From Deltaproteobacteria bacterium (lineage in GTDB: Bacteria > Desulfobacterota > GWC2-55-46 > DRQE01), in NCBI GenBank assembly GCA_024278765.1, contig JAJRSM010000030.1, positions 5,033 to 69,032 of the forward strand: a DNA stretch of 64,000 nt, read 5' to 3'. Shown piece after piece: positions 43,927 through 52,872 of the stretch. Position 1 is the stretch's first letter; each line of letters begins with the position of its first letter. Made by a program: the position numbers and the translations under genes. The notes below the pieces were generated by a model. The model saw only the letters and a list, made by a program, of their open reading frames with translations. It made no database searches and was not told the DNA's origin.

Positions 43927-45135
43927 GTGAGCGTAATTATGAAAAAGACTGAGAATACAAATAAGATAAATCTGCTTGGAATATGTCTGGACTTTCGTAT
44001 GCTTGAAAAGGACCTTGTCGGTGGTGATGTGGATGACCGCCAGAAGTCCTATGCATCATATCTTGGACATTTCTATCAGGTGGTTTATTCAAAAAAATCC
44101 AGGGCTGCTTATAGGAAATTTTCAGGAGATGATAAGTTAACATTGATTCCGACTGATTCTATCAACAGGGTTTCTTTCATTTATGATGCACTGAAGATTG
44201 GTTGGAAGATGTGCCGAACAAAGAAGATTGATGCACTGACTACTGAGGACCCTTTTACAACAGGACTAGTCGGTTTGATACTTAAAAAACGTTTTAGGTT
44301 GCCTCTGAATATTCAGATACATAATGATTTTTTTGATAATAAGTATTGGATCGATTTGCGTTTTGTAAACAGGGTTTTCAATAAACTCGGTAAGTTTACG
44401 CTTAAGTATGCCGATACTATACGTGTAGGTACGGAATATGAAAAAAAGAAACTTTGTGAGATGGGGTTTGCTCCTGAGAAGATACGAGTCATACCTGTTT
44501 ACGCAGATGTGGAGAGGTTTTCCACTGAAGAAAGTAATTTCAACAGAGAGGAGTTTTTGATAGAGGCGGGACTTAGCAGGTTTACGAAGCTCATAGTTTC
44601 TACAGGCCGTCTTGAGCCACAAAAGGATTACCCGGTCTTGATCCAGGCTATGGCAGAGGTATGCAAGACGCATCCCGATGCTGTCCTGTGCTTGCTTGGC
44701 GAGGGCTCTGACAGAGCAAGGATTACAAGCGAGATAGAGCGGCAAGGGCTCAAGGATAATGTGATCTTGACCGGAGCTGTCCCACATAAAGATGTTGCGA
44801 AGTATTTGCAAGCCTGCGATCTGTTTGTTATGCCCTCGATATACGAGGGGACATGTATTGCGCTGGCCGAGGCCTGCTTTGCAGGTAAGCCAGTCGTTGC
44901 GACTGCCTTTGCCGGAGCTCATGAGCTGGTTATTGACGGAAAGACCGGTTTCAGAGTTCCTATAAGGGATCTTGGTTCTATCTCAGGTAAGATCATATCG
45001 CTTCTTGAAAATGCAAATGAGGCCAAAGTAATGGGGCTGGCTGGTAGGGCTCATGTCGCGGGTCTTTTTAACAAGGATCACAATATTATCGGTGTCGTTC
45101 GAATGTGGAAAGATACGGCAGCTGTTGCAGTCTAG
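43927..45135 (+). CDS. Family 4 glycosyltransferase
   Basis: ...DLFVMPSIYEGTCIALAEACFAGKPVVATAFAGAHELV. Start ambiguous (GTG 43927 or ATG 43939). Confidence 0.8.
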   Translation: MSVIMKKTENTNKINLLGICLDFRMLEKDLVGGDVDDRQKSYASYLGHFYQVVYSKKSRAAYRKFSGDDKLTLIPTDSINRVSFIYDALKIGWKMCRTKKIDALTTEDPFTTGLVGLILKKRFRLPLNIQIHNDFFDNKYWIDLRFVNRVFNKLGKFTLKYADTIRVGTEYEKKKLCEMGFAPEKIRVIPVYADVERFSTEESNFNREEFLIEAGLSRFTKLIVSTGRLEPQKDYPVLIQAMAEVCKTHPDAVLCLLGEGSDRARITSEIERQGLKDNVILTGAVPHKDVAKYLQACDLFVMPSIYEGTCIALAEACFAGKPVVATAFAGAHELVIDGKTGFRVPIRDLGSISGKIISLLENANEAKVMGLAGRAHVAGLFNKDHNIIGVVRMWKDTAAVAV

Positions 45136-45158
45136 CTATATTACTTAGGGGTTTTCTT

Positions 45159-46499
45159 ATGTGGGTTTTTATTTTACTTGTATTGTTGATTCCAATGGAG
45201 ACACACCATCAATTGTCACAGACTATTATGGGTCTTACCGTAATCAAGTGGGTGGGTGTCTTTGCTGTATTCGCGGCAATATTTGATAATTTGAGAACAC
45301 ATAGGAGTCCTTTGTTACTTCAAAGTAGGCAAGGTAAGTTTTTTGTTTTCTTTTTATTGCTTCTTTTTATTAGATGGGTTTTTCAGGGTAATTTGTCGAA
45401 TTTAACTCCTTTAATGATTTATATATCTTTTACAATATTCTTTTTTGTAACACTTAGCCTTGTAAATACTAAAGAAAGAGTGCGGCAGGTTGTGTGGGCA
45501 ATTGTCATCTGCATGTTGATTTCATCAATGTATGGAGTTAAGCAGTACTATACACAGAGCTATCATGGTTGGCGTTCTGCAGCATTATTTAAAGATATTA
45601 ACTATTTTTCTCTTTCTCTTGTTATGGCCATGCCATTTGCTTATTATTTGATGAAAACAGTCAGGCATAAATTTCTCAAAATTGCATTTATAGGAACTAT
45701 AGGAATAAATTTTTTAGCCCTTGTCTCTACTTTTTCACGCGGTGGTTTTGTAGGGTTGGCTGCGATTATATTGGTAGCTCAACTAATCTCTAAAAAGAAA
45801 ATAAAAGCATTTATTATTATATCTGTTTTAGTTGTTGTTGGTTTCCATTTGCTACCCGAACGTATGATAAATAGATTTGTGGATACGCGTATAGTTGAGG
45901 ATGAGGTGACATACGGTGCTGCAGGAGCTGCAACGCTTAGGTGGAACCTTGTCGTTTCAGGTTTGAATATGATCAAGGCTCATCCGTTACAAGGGGTTGG
46001 CATCGGTAATTTTAAATATTTTTCGACTGAATATAATTCAAGCTTGCCAGTAAATCTAGTTGGTCATAACACATACATTGAGATCGGTGCAGAGATGGGA
46101 TTGCCCATATTAGCTATATTTCTTGGCATGATAGGATATACTTTTCGTTCCTTGTGGAGGTTGCGTAGTGAGCTTAAGTTTGATGCCGAGTTTGCCTTAT
46201 TGCCAAATATGATTATATTATCCTTAACTGGTTTTGTTGTCTCTGCAACTTTTATAAGTGGGCAACATACTAAACTCTTCTGGTTGTTAATATTTCTTAC
46301 CATTGCCTTGGAGCGCATTGTAAAAGAGCAAAAGCAGCGTGAGAATCAGGACGCGATTGACGTTGAGGCGTCCAGTCTTGATGGGCATAACGAGCTGGCC
46401 GGTTCTGCGAAAGACAGCGCAAGCGCTGGGGATATGATGACCGATCCAACAGCCCTGCCATCAGGTAGCCAAGGTGGTTATTCCGGAGGGCTCGACTAA
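45159..46499 (+). CDS. O-antigen ligase/Wzy-like polytopic membrane protein (exosortase-locus O-glycosylation ligase-like)
   Basis: AGGGG lies 8 nt upstream of ATG 45159. About 10 TM segments with a large loop containing HNTYIEIGAEMG (Wzy_C-type motif). Hydrophilic tail. Confidence 0.7.
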   Translation: MWVFILLVLLIPMETHHQLSQTIMGLTVIKWVGVFAVFAAIFDNLRTHRSPLLLQSRQGKFFVFFLLLLFIRWVFQGNLSNLTPLMIYISFTIFFFVTLSLVNTKERVRQVVWAIVICMLISSMYGVKQYYTQSYHGWRSAALFKDINYFSLSLVMAMPFAYYLMKTVRHKFLKIAFIGTIGINFLALVSTFSRGGFVGLAAIILVAQLISKKKIKAFIIISVLVVVGFHLLPERMINRFVDTRIVEDEVTYGAAGAATLRWNLVVSGLNMIKAHPLQGVGIGNFKYFSTEYNSSLPVNLVGHNTYIEIGAEMGLPILAIFLGMIGYTFRSLWRLRSELKFDAEFALLPNMIILSLTGFVVSATFISGQHTKLFWLLIFLTIALERIVKEQKQRENQDAIDVEASSLDGHNELAGSAKDSASAGDMMTDPTALPSGSQGGYSGGLD

Positions 46500-47767
46500 T
46501 GGCGGTACTCCTCTTTGAAAATAAGAATGCTAACCTTAAAGAGACGATGAATGCAAGGGTCATCCGTCTCTTTAAGGATGCCGCAGGTGTATTGCCTAAG
46601 GATATATCTAACCAGATAACTGCACTTATTCTGACCGGGAGTATTGCCCGTGGTGAGGGTTCATTTATGCGCGGCAAGAAAGGCAGGGTTAGGTTACTCG
46701 GTGATGTTGAGTTTCTGCTGGTAGCAAAGGACCCTGCGCAGGCACGTGAGCTTGCCGCTAAAGTTGAGCATATATTCTCTGATATTCTACGTGGTATCGG
46801 TATTGAACCGGATGTTGATGTCGGCTCGGTTACGCCCGAGTACTTTGAAAACCTCAAGCCGCATATATTTGCCGTTGAACTCAAAGAACACGGTAAGGTC
46901 ATTGTAGGTGACAGATCCATACTGGCCTTGATCCCTGATTTTGGTGCTGAAGACATTCCAAGGTGGGATGCGCTTCATCTGCTTTTTAATAGAATGATAG
47001 AACATATGAAGCTTTATGAGGGGCTTTTATATGGCGATGCCAGAGATATTCAGAGAGCTAACTATATGAACCTGAAGTTGACACTTGATCTTGGCGGTTC
47101 TCTTTTAGTATTTCAAAATATATATAAATCTACCTATAGGGAAAGGGCCGATCTGATTACAGAGTGCGTTCAGTCAATAGACGACCCGCAAACGCGCACT
47201 CGATTGGCCGCGCTTCCTGAGGACATGTTGCACTGGACATCTGTAAAGTTCAACCCTGTGCTTGATGAGGTTATGAGATGGAACGGCGAAGAATCCAAGG
47301 TGGATTTTTTCAGAGAGAAGGTTCTCAAACGTTTTGTGGCTATAAGAGAGATGATGACGGCTTTATGGAGTTGGGAGATGAGTCATTATCTTAAATATGA
47401 ACCTACAGATGATTATCATAAGTTACTTAATAAATATCGTAAGAGTGAGGGGGCCAGGCTTAGTCTTCGTGGCTGGGCGAAGTGGATGGTACGTAACAGG
47501 CGAGCGGGTAGAGGTCCTGGATATCAATTGGCTTTTTTAAGAGGGTTTGGGAAAGGAAGCCCTAGGACTTTGATCTACGCCTGCGCAGCATTACTTTATT
47601 TTTCAATGCCAGACGGGGCGGCCGGTACAGATGGCCCTGCCTATAAAAAGAACTCTAAGTTGTTGAGAGGTCTTCTGCCTGATAGATTGGTATCAAGCGG
47701 CGACAACTGGTTTACTGCAACCAGGAAAGTAGCCAACGTCTGGCAGGAGCATGTGAAAAATGGGTAA
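46499..47767 (+). CDS. Uncharacterised protein with a possible nucleotidyltransferase-fold N-terminus
   Basis: LTGSIARGEG...(insert)...LLGDVEFLLV resembles the GS-x(n)-D.E/D minimal NTase signature, but with a longer spacer. The rest has no motif I recognise. Confidence 0.35.
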   Translation: MAVLLFENKNANLKETMNARVIRLFKDAAGVLPKDISNQITALILTGSIARGEGSFMRGKKGRVRLLGDVEFLLVAKDPAQARELAAKVEHIFSDILRGIGIEPDVDVGSVTPEYFENLKPHIFAVELKEHGKVIVGDRSILALIPDFGAEDIPRWDALHLLFNRMIEHMKLYEGLLYGDARDIQRANYMNLKLTLDLGGSLLVFQNIYKSTYRERADLITECVQSIDDPQTRTRLAALPEDMLHWTSVKFNPVLDEVMRWNGEESKVDFFREKVLKRFVAIREMMTALWSWEMSHYLKYEPTDDYHKLLNKYRKSEGARLSLRGWAKWMVRNRRAGRGPGYQLAFLRGFGKGSPRTLIYACAALLYFSMPDGAAGTDGPAYKKNSKLLRGLLPDRLVSSGDNWFTATRKVANVWQEHVKNG

Positions 47768-48923
47768 AGTCGTGGAAGATAAAAAAATAATATCTATTTT
47801 TCTTTTGATAGATGCGCTTGGCTGGACCTATATGAAGGACAGGGACTTTATGGAAAAAGAGGCGGTAGTGCGAAAGTCTGTAAAATCTATCCTTGGTTTT
47901 TCTTCCGCTGCGATTCCGACGATATTATCTGGAAAGATGCCGGAAGAGCATGGCTTTTGGTCTTTGTTCCTGCGCTCTGAGGAAGGCTCGCCATTTAAAT
48001 GGAGTCGCAGCGTTAACTCCTTGATGCGTTTTGTTCCGGGACGGCTCGCACGCAAGGTCGTAGAAGAGGTCTCAAGGAAGTATCACGGTTATACCGGTTA
48101 TTTTGAGACCTATAAGATTCCTTTAAAGGAACTCCCAAGCTACGATATTTCCGAGCGTCGTTCTATCTACGCGCCGGGTGGGTTGGAGACAGCACCCTCT
48201 ATATTTGATCTTTGGGAGGACGCCAATCTTCTTTACGTTAGCTATTGTTATAAGAATGGCTCTGATATGGAGCTCTTTAAGATGGGGATGGCAAAGTTAA
48301 AGGAAGGTAAATGCAGGGCTTTGTTTTTATATCTCTCTGAGATAGATGCCTTTCTTCATAAGCATTGCAAGGACGAGGCACTCTTTACAGAAAAGCTTGC
48401 TCTCTATGAAAAAAAGGTTCGGGAGTTGTTTCAGGTTGCTGGCGAGCATTACGACGAAGTAAGGTGGTTCATCTTTTCAGATCACGGTATGACGCCAACG
48501 ACCCAGACGCATGACCTGATGGCCGAGGTCGCCGGGTTAGAGCTAGTAGAAGGGAAAGACTATAAAGCATTCTATGATTCAACTATGGCAAGGTTCTGGT
48601 TTCTGAATAAAGAATCGCGCAGCGTTATTACAAAGAGTCTGAAGAAATTTAAATACGGCAGGTGGCTTACAAAGAAAGATAAGTCAGATTTAGGGCTTCG
48701 TTTTAAGGATAACCGTTATGGTGATGAGGTCTTTATTATGAACCCCGGATGCATTATTGAGCCGTGTTATATGGGTGATAAGGCCCCGCAGGGAATGCAC
48801 GGCTTTCATCCTGACGACAAATATGCGGATGCTTCTTTCTTTACCAATATAGCTGGTGAATATAGTCCGGAGCTGATTACTGATTTTTTTGATGTGATGA
48901 AAAAAGATACGTTGGGTCTATGA
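47760..48923 (+). CDS. Alkaline-phosphatase-superfamily enzyme (nucleotide pyrophosphatase/phosphodiesterase-like)
   Basis: IFLLIDALGW, FSSAAIPTILSGKMPEEHG, FSDHGM and GMHGFHPD are the metal-ligand/nucleophile blocks of the NPP/AlkP fold. The ATG overlaps the upstream stop (ATGGGTAA). Confidence 0.7.
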   Translation: MGKVVEDKKIISIFLLIDALGWTYMKDRDFMEKEAVVRKSVKSILGFSSAAIPTILSGKMPEEHGFWSLFLRSEEGSPFKWSRSVNSLMRFVPGRLARKVVEEVSRKYHGYTGYFETYKIPLKELPSYDISERRSIYAPGGLETAPSIFDLWEDANLLYVSYCYKNGSDMELFKMGMAKLKEGKCRALFLYLSEIDAFLHKHCKDEALFTEKLALYEKKVRELFQVAGEHYDEVRWFIFSDHGMTPTTQTHDLMAEVAGLELVEGKDYKAFYDSTMARFWFLNKESRSVITKSLKKFKYGRWLTKKDKSDLGLRFKDNRYGDEVFIMNPGCIIEPCYMGDKAPQGMHGFHPDDKYADASFFTNIAGEYSPELITDFFDVMKKDTLGL

Positions 48924-50098
48924 AGTGTAGCGGTAAAAAAATTAAGATAGTACATTTTCTCAACTCCAAGGTGCGCGGAGGCGTGGAGAATCATGTGTTG
49001 TTGTTGCTTAAAAATATTAACCGGGAAAGGTTTGAGCCTATTGTGGTTTGTCCGACCGAGCTTGCCGTGATACTTGGTAGAGAACTTGCAGAGATGGATC
49101 TACGTGTCTTCGAGCTTGAGGTGAAGAGCCCCTTTGATGTAAGGGATATGCTGCGCTTTGTTTCTTTTTTGCGTAGAGAAAAGATAGATATTGTTCACGC
49201 GCATCTCTTTAATGCAAGCAGGGCCTCGCATTTTCTGGCAAAGCTTGCCGGTGTGCCTATAACCATCGAGACCAACCACGTCAGAGAGGCCTGGCGCAAG
49301 GGTACTCTAAAGACCTGGTACGCGATAGACCGCTTGTTTGCTCGTTTTACTGATTGTATTATTGCGGTATCAAAGGCCAACGCTGTCTATCTTTCAGGTG
49401 TTAAGGGTATAGCAGCCGGTAAGGTGCGAGTCGTGCAGAACGGGATAGATACCAGGGCCTTTGATACTGATACGGCTTCGGCCTCTTCAATTAGAGCGGG
49501 CCTAGGTATATCAAAAGACGTGCCTCTTATAAGTGTAGTGGCAAGGCTTGAGCCTCAGAAGGGGCATATCTATTTGCTTGAGGCTATTCCAGAGATTGTT
49601 AAGAGGTATCCTGAAGTTGTTTTTCTGTTGGCAGGTGACGGCGCGCTCGGCTCTGAACTAAAGGCGCAGGCCGCAAGGCTTAAGATAGGGCGTAATCTAA
49701 TTTTCGCAGGCTTTCGCAGCGATGCAGATAAGATTCTGAGGGCCTCTGATATCTTCCTGCTTCCTTCGCTTTGGGAGGGGCTACCGCTGGTAGCTATTGA
49801 GGCATCTGCCGTTGGTTTACCTGTTATAGCAACGGCCGTGGACGGTACTCCTGAGGTGGTAAAGGACGGAGAGACCGGGCTTCTGATCGAGCCGCGCAAC
49901 CCGGTTGCGATCACTGAGGCTGTACTCAGGCTCCTTGATAACCCGCAGGAGGCCCGGCGTATGGGGGGGAACGGTGCAGGTTTCGTACGAGCACACTTTG
50001 ATATTAGTTTGCAGGTAAAAGGGACAGAGGCAATCTATACAGAATTTATAACTGGTAAGAGTCTTGGTGGTCTGGAAGGTATTGAAAATACCGGCTGA
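48920..50098 (+). CDS. Family 4 glycosyltransferase (position and type fit the PEP-CTERM/EpsH1-associated sugar transferase stp2)
   Basis: IVHFLNSKVRGGVENH... and ...IFLLPSLWEGLPLVAIEASAVGLPVIATAVDGTPEVV. Lies two genes upstream of the exosortase. Confidence 0.8.
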   Translation: MKCSGKKIKIVHFLNSKVRGGVENHVLLLLKNINRERFEPIVVCPTELAVILGRELAEMDLRVFELEVKSPFDVRDMLRFVSFLRREKIDIVHAHLFNASRASHFLAKLAGVPITIETNHVREAWRKGTLKTWYAIDRLFARFTDCIIAVSKANAVYLSGVKGIAAGKVRVVQNGIDTRAFDTDTASASSIRAGLGISKDVPLISVVARLEPQKGHIYLLEAIPEIVKRYPEVVFLLAGDGALGSELKAQAARLKIGRNLIFAGFRSDADKILRASDIFLLPSLWEGLPLVAIEASAVGLPVIATAVDGTPEVVKDGETGLLIEPRNPVAITEAVLRLLDNPQEARRMGGNGAGFVRAHFDISLQVKGTEAIYTEFITGKSLGGLEGIENTG

Positions 50099-50123
50099 CC
50101 TAATTTTTGTGGAGAGTACTTAT

Positions 50124-51326
50124 ATGAATATACTTTTTTTAACCCATATGCTGCCATATCCGCAAACCGATGGAGCGCGTATCAGGTCTTTTAATCTTTT
50201 AAAGACATTGACACGCCACAATAAGGTAAGCGTTGTTTCTTTTATCTCAGAGACAACAAGGACTGAGGATATAGATGAACTGCGAGGTTTTGTCCATGAT
50301 CTGCAGACAGTTTTTAGGCCGCAGAAGTACGCTATAAAGGATCTTTTCAAGGGGGTCTGTACCAGCGAGCCTTTTACGATTATAAATTACAGAACTGAAG
50401 AGATGAAAGAGCTGGTAAGCAAGAAGCTTAATGAAGGTATTGATGCCGTGCACTGCGAGCATCTTAATATGGCGCAGTACGCAATGGCTGGCGATGGGGT
50501 TAAGAGAATAATAGATATGCATAACGTCGAGTCAGAGATTATGCGCCGTTACGCAGATAAAGCCAGTGATCCGCTAAAGGCAATCTATTCAAAGATGACG
50601 GCAAAGAAGCTGGCCAGATATGAGCGAGATGTCTTAAGAAACTTTGATCTTTGCGTAGCGGTATCGGCCAGAGACGCCGATCATATGAGGGAGTTTTGTT
50701 CCAATACAGTAGTCGTTGATAATGGTGTAGACCTGGATAGTTTTTTACTTTGCGAAGATATAGTCACAGAGCCACGACTCGTCTATACCGGCTGGATGAA
50801 GTATCACGCTAATAACGATGCTGCTAAATATTTCTGCGATGAGATATTACCTGCAATTAAGAAAGATAGGTCTGAGGTAACGGTCGATATTGTCGGCAAA
50901 GAACCCTCTGACGAGGTCTTGCGGTTATCTGATATTGCCGGGGTAAATGTCACAGGGGCAGTGCCGGATATTCGCTCTTATATAAATAAAGCCTCTGTCT
51001 ATATTGTCCCTCTGCGTGTAGGTGGTGGGACAAGGCTCAAGATACTGGAGGCCATGGCAATCGGTATTCCTATAGTCTCTACGAGTATTGGCTGTGAGGG
51101 GATCGGGCTTACCAATGAAAAGGATATCCTTATCGCCGATACAGCTAAGGATTTTGCCCGTCAGACGCTGCGGCTCTTAGATGATGCAGCACTTCGCAAG
51201 CACCTGGCTGCTAATGCACGTGAGTTGGTCGAAGAACGTTTTAGTTGGAAGATGATAGGTGAGAAGCTATTAAGTGCATACAATACGATCATTACGGAAG
51301 AAGGTCCTAAGGAGATTAGTCTATGA
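50124..51326 (+). CDS. Family 4 glycosyltransferase (fits PEP-CTERM/EpsH1-associated sugar transferase stp1)
   Basis: GGAGAG lies 8 nt upstream of ATG 50124 (MNILFLTHMLPYPQTDGARIRSFN...). C-terminal VYIVPLRVGGGTRLKILEAMAIGIPIVST. Immediately upstream of the exosortase with ATGA coupling. Confidence 0.8.
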   Translation: MNILFLTHMLPYPQTDGARIRSFNLLKTLTRHNKVSVVSFISETTRTEDIDELRGFVHDLQTVFRPQKYAIKDLFKGVCTSEPFTIINYRTEEMKELVSKKLNEGIDAVHCEHLNMAQYAMAGDGVKRIIDMHNVESEIMRRYADKASDPLKAIYSKMTAKKLARYERDVLRNFDLCVAVSARDADHMREFCSNTVVVDNGVDLDSFLLCEDIVTEPRLVYTGWMKYHANNDAAKYFCDEILPAIKKDRSEVTVDIVGKEPSDEVLRLSDIAGVNVTGAVPDIRSYINKASVYIVPLRVGGGTRLKILEAMAIGIPIVSTSIGCEGIGLTNEKDILIADTAKDFARQTLRLLDDAALRKHLAANARELVEERFSWKMIGEKLLSAYNTIITEEGPKEISL

Positions 51327-52216
51327 GTAATACAGAATCAGTTCAACGCTCAAAGTATGCGTGGTTGCTGCCGGTCGTTGTGACCAGCGTCTTGATGTTG
51401 ACCATCTATTACGATGTGATCGTCGGGATGATCTTACAGTGGGAGCATGACCCGAATTATTCGCATGGTTTTTTAATTCCCTTTATCTCGTTATACTTGC
51501 TATGGGAAAGGCGTGATGTTCTTAAAAAGATTGAGATTAAGCCTAACATCATAGGGCTCTTTATACTTATTTTTGGGCTCTTTGTTCTGGTGATAGGGAA
51601 GGTCGGCGCAGAGTACTTTACCATGCGTTTCTCGATGCTTATAGTGATAGCAGGTATTGTGCTTTTTCTTGGCGGCCTAAAGCTCTTAAAGGCCGTATCT
51701 CTGCCTCTTGGTTATTTGGTATTTATGATACCTTTTCCTTATATAGTCTATGACGCAATGGCTTTTCCTTTAAAACTTTTTGCGGCAAAGAATGCCGTTA
51801 TTATGCTTCAGGCCATGGGTGTCTCGGTCTTTAGAGATGGTAATATTATATATCTTGCATCAACGACCCTGGAGGTCGCCGATGCCTGTAGCGGAATACG
51901 GTCGCTGGTCTCTTTACTTGCTCTGGGCGTAGCACTTGCGTACTTTACGCATAAGAGTTGGGTTAGAAGGATAGGAGTAGTAATCATGGCCGTACCAATC
52001 GCGATATTTGTAAATGTTATGAGGGTCGTTATAACAGGGGCCTTGGCGCATTTTATTGACCCGGAACTTGCCACTGGTTTTTTCCACGAGTTCTCTGGCT
52101 TCTTGATGTTCGGTGTGGCCATGGCCATGTTGATAGCCGTTAACTTTGCGGTCTTTAGATTTATGCGACGTACAAAAAAGAGCGAACCAAGCACTGATGC
52201 GACGGGGGATAAGTAG
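51323..52216 (+). CDS. xrtA: Exosortase (XrtA/EpsH type)
   Basis: 8-TM protein. YSHGFLIPFISLYLLW near the N-terminus, Cys motif ADACSGIRSL, Arg motif NVMRVV, His motif FHEFSG. Followed by EpsI, PrsK and PrsR. Confidence 0.9.
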   Translation: MSNTESVQRSKYAWLLPVVVTSVLMLTIYYDVIVGMILQWEHDPNYSHGFLIPFISLYLLWERRDVLKKIEIKPNIIGLFILIFGLFVLVIGKVGAEYFTMRFSMLIVIAGIVLFLGGLKLLKAVSLPLGYLVFMIPFPYIVYDAMAFPLKLFAAKNAVIMLQAMGVSVFRDGNIIYLASTTLEVADACSGIRSLVSLLALGVALAYFTHKSWVRRIGVVIMAVPIAIFVNVMRVVITGALAHFIDPELATGFFHEFSGFLMFGVAMAMLIAVNFAVFRFMRRTKKSEPSTDATGDK

Positions 52217-52221
52217 AGTTT

Positions 52222-52872
52222 ATGAAAAATAAATTTAGATTAGTAATCGTTGCACTTCTGATGATAGGGGCGAGCATATATATAAATGTAGTCCTCTCTC
52301 ACGGAGAGATTATACCTGTTACAAAGTCTCTCTCAACGCTACCCAAGATGATCGGTGAGTGGAAGAAAGGACGTAATCATGTTCTTGATGAAAAGACACT
52401 GGATATCCTCAGGGTCGATGATTATGTGATGACTCGGTACACACGAGAGGACGGGCGGAAGGTTCTATTTTATACTGGTTATTTTAAGAGCCAGCGCGAG
52501 GGGCAAATCGTTCATTCCCCCAAGCACTGCCTGCCTGGCTCTGGTTGGCGCCCTATTGCGACCGAGGTGATCTCTATTGATATTCCGGGGCTTGCGAATA
52601 GTCCTATTATGGCTACAAAGATAATAACCCAGAAGGGTGATGAAAAAGAACTTGTTATCTACTGGTATCAGGTCGGCCCTGATTATGTCGCCGGCGAGTA
52701 TGGGCAGAAGGCTCTACTTATCTGGAACTCTATCCGTCATAACAGGAGTGATGGCTCTCTCATACGCTTTAGCGTGCCTGTGGTTAACGATGATATCGAG
52801 CAGACTCAGCAGATGACTGAAGGCTTTATAAGGGATATGGTTCCGGTTCTTAGGGGGTATCTGCCGGTTTGA
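52222..52872 (+). CDS. epsI: EpsI family exosortase-associated protein
   Basis: One N-terminal TM helix. LPKMIGEWKG..., DDYVMTRY and HSPKHCLPGSGW are hallmark blocks of the EpsI family. Confidence 0.85.
   Translation: MKNKFRLVIVALLMIGASIYINVVLSHGEIIPVTKSLSTLPKMIGEWKKGRNHVLDEKTLDILRVDDYVMTRYTREDGRKVLFYTGYFKSQREGQIVHSPKHCLPGSGWRPIATEVISIDIPGLANSPIMATKIITQKGDEKELVIYWYQVGPDYVAGEYGQKALLIWNSIRHNRSDGSLIRFSVPVVNDDIEQTQQMTEGFIRDMVPVLRGYLPV

Noticed and set aside
44266-44922. 218-aa ORF on the - strand
   Set aside because: It is antisense to a GT4 gene with a clear GT4 signature. No motif or start context.
46297-46956. 219-aa ORF on the - strand
   Set aside because: It is antisense across the junction of two + strand genes that are translationally coupled. 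Ser/Arg/Pro-rich shadow-frame composition.
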